This document shows positions 29,634 to 31,693 of a stretch of 31,693 bases of DNA, piece after piece; position 1 is the stretch's first letter, and each line of letters starts with the position of its first letter. The stretch comes from Methanobacterium sp. (GTDB taxonomy: Archaea; Methanobacteriota; Methanobacteria; Methanobacteriales; Methanobacteriaceae), in the NCBI GenBank assembly GCA_003166335.1, contig PMWA01000031.1, positions 29,399 to 61,091 of the forward strand. The letters run 5' to 3'. The notes below the pieces were generated by a model. That model saw only the letters and a list, made by a program, of their open reading frames with translations, ran no database searches and was not told the DNA's origin. A program made the translations under genes and the position numbers.

Positions 29634-30440
29634 TTAATCTTTCCGGTTTCTTAACCATTTACTTATTCTTTCCCAGGCTTGATATATACCGTCAATGGAT
29701 AAGCCAATTAAACCAATGAATAATCCTATTAATCCGCAGATTAGAATGATAGTATTACTATCAGGAAGTGTCTTCTGTAAATTAGCGATTTTATCCTCGA
29801 CGGGGCCTGTTATATTAGTTACAACCGATTCATTCCCTGGTAGGTTAGTTGAAACTGATTCCACCTGACTGGAATTGACGTTAATGGAAATCATCACGTT
29901 ACTAGTCAATACAGTTACATTGTCAACTAAGTTTATCCAATCACCTAAATTATTAGTAATAGCTGTGGGATCACTGTTATTCTGGACAGTTAAAATAATA
30001 GTATCATTAGGTATTACCGTAGCTGAAACTATACCAGGATCAGATTCAGGTATACGTGTTTGCAGTGAATCAACCCAGTCACTACTAATAGGAGTTGTCG
30101 TTATAAGTATATCACTACTTTGAACACTATTAACTCCCTTTAATTGTTTAGTATCATCTATGAAAGACTCAACATTATTCTGCGTTGAAATATTAACATT
30201 AATAGTTTCAGTTCCACCGCCATTATTCCAAGTATAAATTGTCCGAGCGATATCTGGAATATCACCATATAAAGGTGCTATTAAAAATCCTCCACCCACT
30301 AATCCCACTACGAATCCTATAGATAAAACAAATATTAGATTTTTTTTACCAATAATGGGTGTTAAAAGTGCGATTGAGAATACGAAAAACATTAGAAATA
30401 TAAATAATACAAGCATTACTATTACAGTGAGTGTATCCAT
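29634..30440 (-). CDS. Hypothetical membrane protein
   Basis: 268 aa with two N-terminal and one C-terminal hydrophobic helix around an Asn/Ser/Thr-rich domain; RBS GAGGAAGG. Confidence 0.75.
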   Translation of the reverse strand: MDTLTVIVMLVLFIFLMFFVFSIALLTPIIGKKNLIFVLSIGFVVGLVGGGFLIAPLYGDIPDIARTIYTWNNGGGTETINVNISTQNNVESFIDDTKQLKGVNSVQSSDILITTTPISSDWVDSLQTRIPESDPGIVSATVIPNDTIILTVQNNSDPTAITNNLGDWINLVDNVTVLTSNVMISINVNSSQVESVSTNLPGNESVVTNITGPVEDKIANLQKTLPDSNTIILICGLIGLFIGLIGLSIDGIYQAWERISKWLRNRKD

Positions 30441-30473
30441 TGTATCCTTCCTCTGAAAAATATAAATTGTAGT

Positions 30474-30890
30474 CTATGTTTCAAGTACTATTAACCCTGT
30501 GTTGGTATCTATATATATGGTTTTGGACATGCCATTCAATGATAAAGGTATGATCCAAACATTATGATTAGTGTTGTTAACCTCCACACTACCCTGAATG
30601 GGCTGCCCTACATTATAACCAGGGTTATTTTGTATTGCTATATTTGTAGCCTGTACTGCAGTTAAATTAGAGGTTAAATTTGTAGCTGAGGAGTTAGATG
30701 AATTATTTACAACTTGAGGTTGACTATGGGTATATGTTACTGTTTGAGTAGGTGTAACATTTTGAGTATCATTGGGAGGCGTACCCCACTGGAATGGGTT
30801 AAATGCATAAATAACTGAAATAATGAATACCACTCCCACTATTATTAAAGCTTTCCTCTCCCAACCTTCCGGTAAATCACTTAAATCGAT
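30474..30890 (-). CDS. Membrane-anchored protein with a PepSY-like C-terminus, probable ATC start
   Basis: LTAVQATNIA..VW.IP..IYIDTNTGLIV is PepSY-like. The frame extends upstream of GTG 30839 to ATC 30890, 7 nt after GGTGAT. Confidence 0.7.
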   Translation of the reverse strand: MDLSDLPEGWERKALIIVGVVFIISVIYAFNPFQWGTPPNDTQNVTPTQTVTYTHSQPQVVNNSSNSSATNLTSNLTAVQATNIAIQNNPGYNVGQPIQGSVEVNNTNHNVWIIPLSLNGMSKTIYIDTNTGLIVLET

Positions 30891-30909
30891 AAATTAAATC
30901 ACCAATTTT

Positions 30910-31317
30910 TTAATTAAATATTATAAGATAACTACCACTACTAGTATTAGTATTAGTAACAATATGAGTACCACTAGTCAAAGTAGCATTGTTTACATTC
31001 AATGGTATAAATTTAACACTCACATTTTGTCCATTCGACAATGAATCAACTGTAACATACCCTGAAGAACCGTTAATATAAAATATCATATTACTTGGAA
31101 CAGTTAAATTAACAGAATAACCCACTCCATTAGTATAAACCGTGTTAATAGTTTCAGCTGCCATCTCCCCCGTAATCCTCGCCTGAGCAATATTACCAGT
31201 CGACGTTTGGCTTTGTTCATTAGATATTAAGCTAACAAAACCACCTATAATAATAAGAACAACAAGTGTAATGAATAAGAACTCTACACTGGCTTGTCCA
31301 TTCTCATCTAAAAACAT
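30910..31317 (-). CDS. Class III signal peptide (type IV pilin-like) protein
   Basis: ENG/QASVE with +5 Glu and a hydrophobic helix; AETINTVYTNG resembles the 25621 pilin; RBS AGGAGA. Confidence 0.85.
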   Translation of the reverse strand: MFLDENGQASVEFLFITLVVLIIIGGFVSLISNEQSQTSTGNIAQARITGEMAAETINTVYTNGVGYSVNLTVPSNMIFYINGSSGYVTVDSLSNGQNVSVKFIPLNVNNATLTSGTHIVTNTNTSSGSYLIIFN

Positions 31318-31332
31318 TTATATGATATCTCC

Positions 31333-31693
31333 TTAAGGATAATTAAAATTAAGACCAAGATTAGTTGCATAAGTCGATGAAATAAGGAAAGAATTACCTG
31401 AACCTGGGCAATGAACGACTGATCCTTTAGAGGTTATTGTAGAACCGGATACACCAGAGAAATATTCATGATCCAACATAGAAGTAGGATTGTTTCCATG
31501 TTCAGTGCTTAAAACATCATAAATTATAAATGTACTCATCCGTGCTGAAGCAGGACTTCCACTAGTATTATTTGTTCTATTTTCTAATCTATCAAAGAAG
31601 GAGAGTCCATGAGGATCGGGGAAGTAATAAGGATTAATAATATTAGATGAATTCGATCCGTAAATATTAGATGCGTTCGAACCGTAAAGGCAT
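31333..31693 (-). CDS. C-terminal part of a hypothetical, probably pilus-associated protein (partial)
   Basis: The frame of the listed 68-aa ORF is open to the window edge (..CLYGSNASNIYGSNSSNIINPYYFPDPHGLSFFDRLEN..); it ends just upstream of a pilin gene. Confidence 0.7.
   Translation of the reverse strand, partial: CLYGSNASNIYGSNSSNIINPYYFPDPHGLSFFDRLENRTNNTSGSPASARMSTFIIYDVLSTEHGNNPTSMLDHEYFSGVSGSTITSKGSVVHCPGSGNSFLISSTYATNLGLNFNYP
31640..31687. repeat. 2 x 24-nt in-frame tandem repeat
   Basis: ATATTAGATGAATTCGATCCGTAA / ATATTAGATGCGTTCGAACCGTAA, 21/24 identical. Confidence 0.8.

Noticed and set aside
2474..30123. Short ORFs antisense to long genes (e.g. 5217-5561, 8033-8551, 13657-14037, 27906-28247, 29875-30123)
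   Set aside because: Shadow frames of well-supported genes, without motifs of their own.

Overview
AT-rich archaeal DNA whose gene content and order (HdrABC, EppA-type pilins, archaeal phosphopantothenate synthetase, GatC-ACT-Hom) point to a Methanobacteriales methanogen, probably Methanobacterium-like. The left ~17.2 kb is a sulfur/cysteine cluster bracketed by two paralogous Cys-rich HTH regulator genes (3' end at 1-60; full copy at 16845-17225). It holds a MalY/PatB C-S lyase, tRNA-Cys(GCA), cysS, an Fe-S-motif GMC oxidoreductase, a ThiF/MoeB enzyme, a divergent HdrC-HdrB-HdrA/MvhD set, an orphan SsuA/NMT1-fold protein, MoaD, a PNPOx-like protein, a NifB/NifX protein, Mrp, cysK and cysE. 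A palindrome TATAAC-N4-GTTATA lies just downstream of TATA-like boxes at four places in this cluster. The most unusual element is a gene-free stretch (12731-13302) of consecutive stem-loops carrying Shine-Dalgarno-like motifs, which read as anti-SD motifs on the minus strand. It lies between convergent TATA boxes, one of them covered by an operator array, and contains a Met-Cys-Arg micro-ORF. It is a candidate sulfur-responsive regulatory RNA, but its strand is unresolved. The right ~14 kb is mostly housekeeping plus type IV pilus genes. Two genes appear to start at ATC codons. All calls come from motif recognition by eye; no searches were run.
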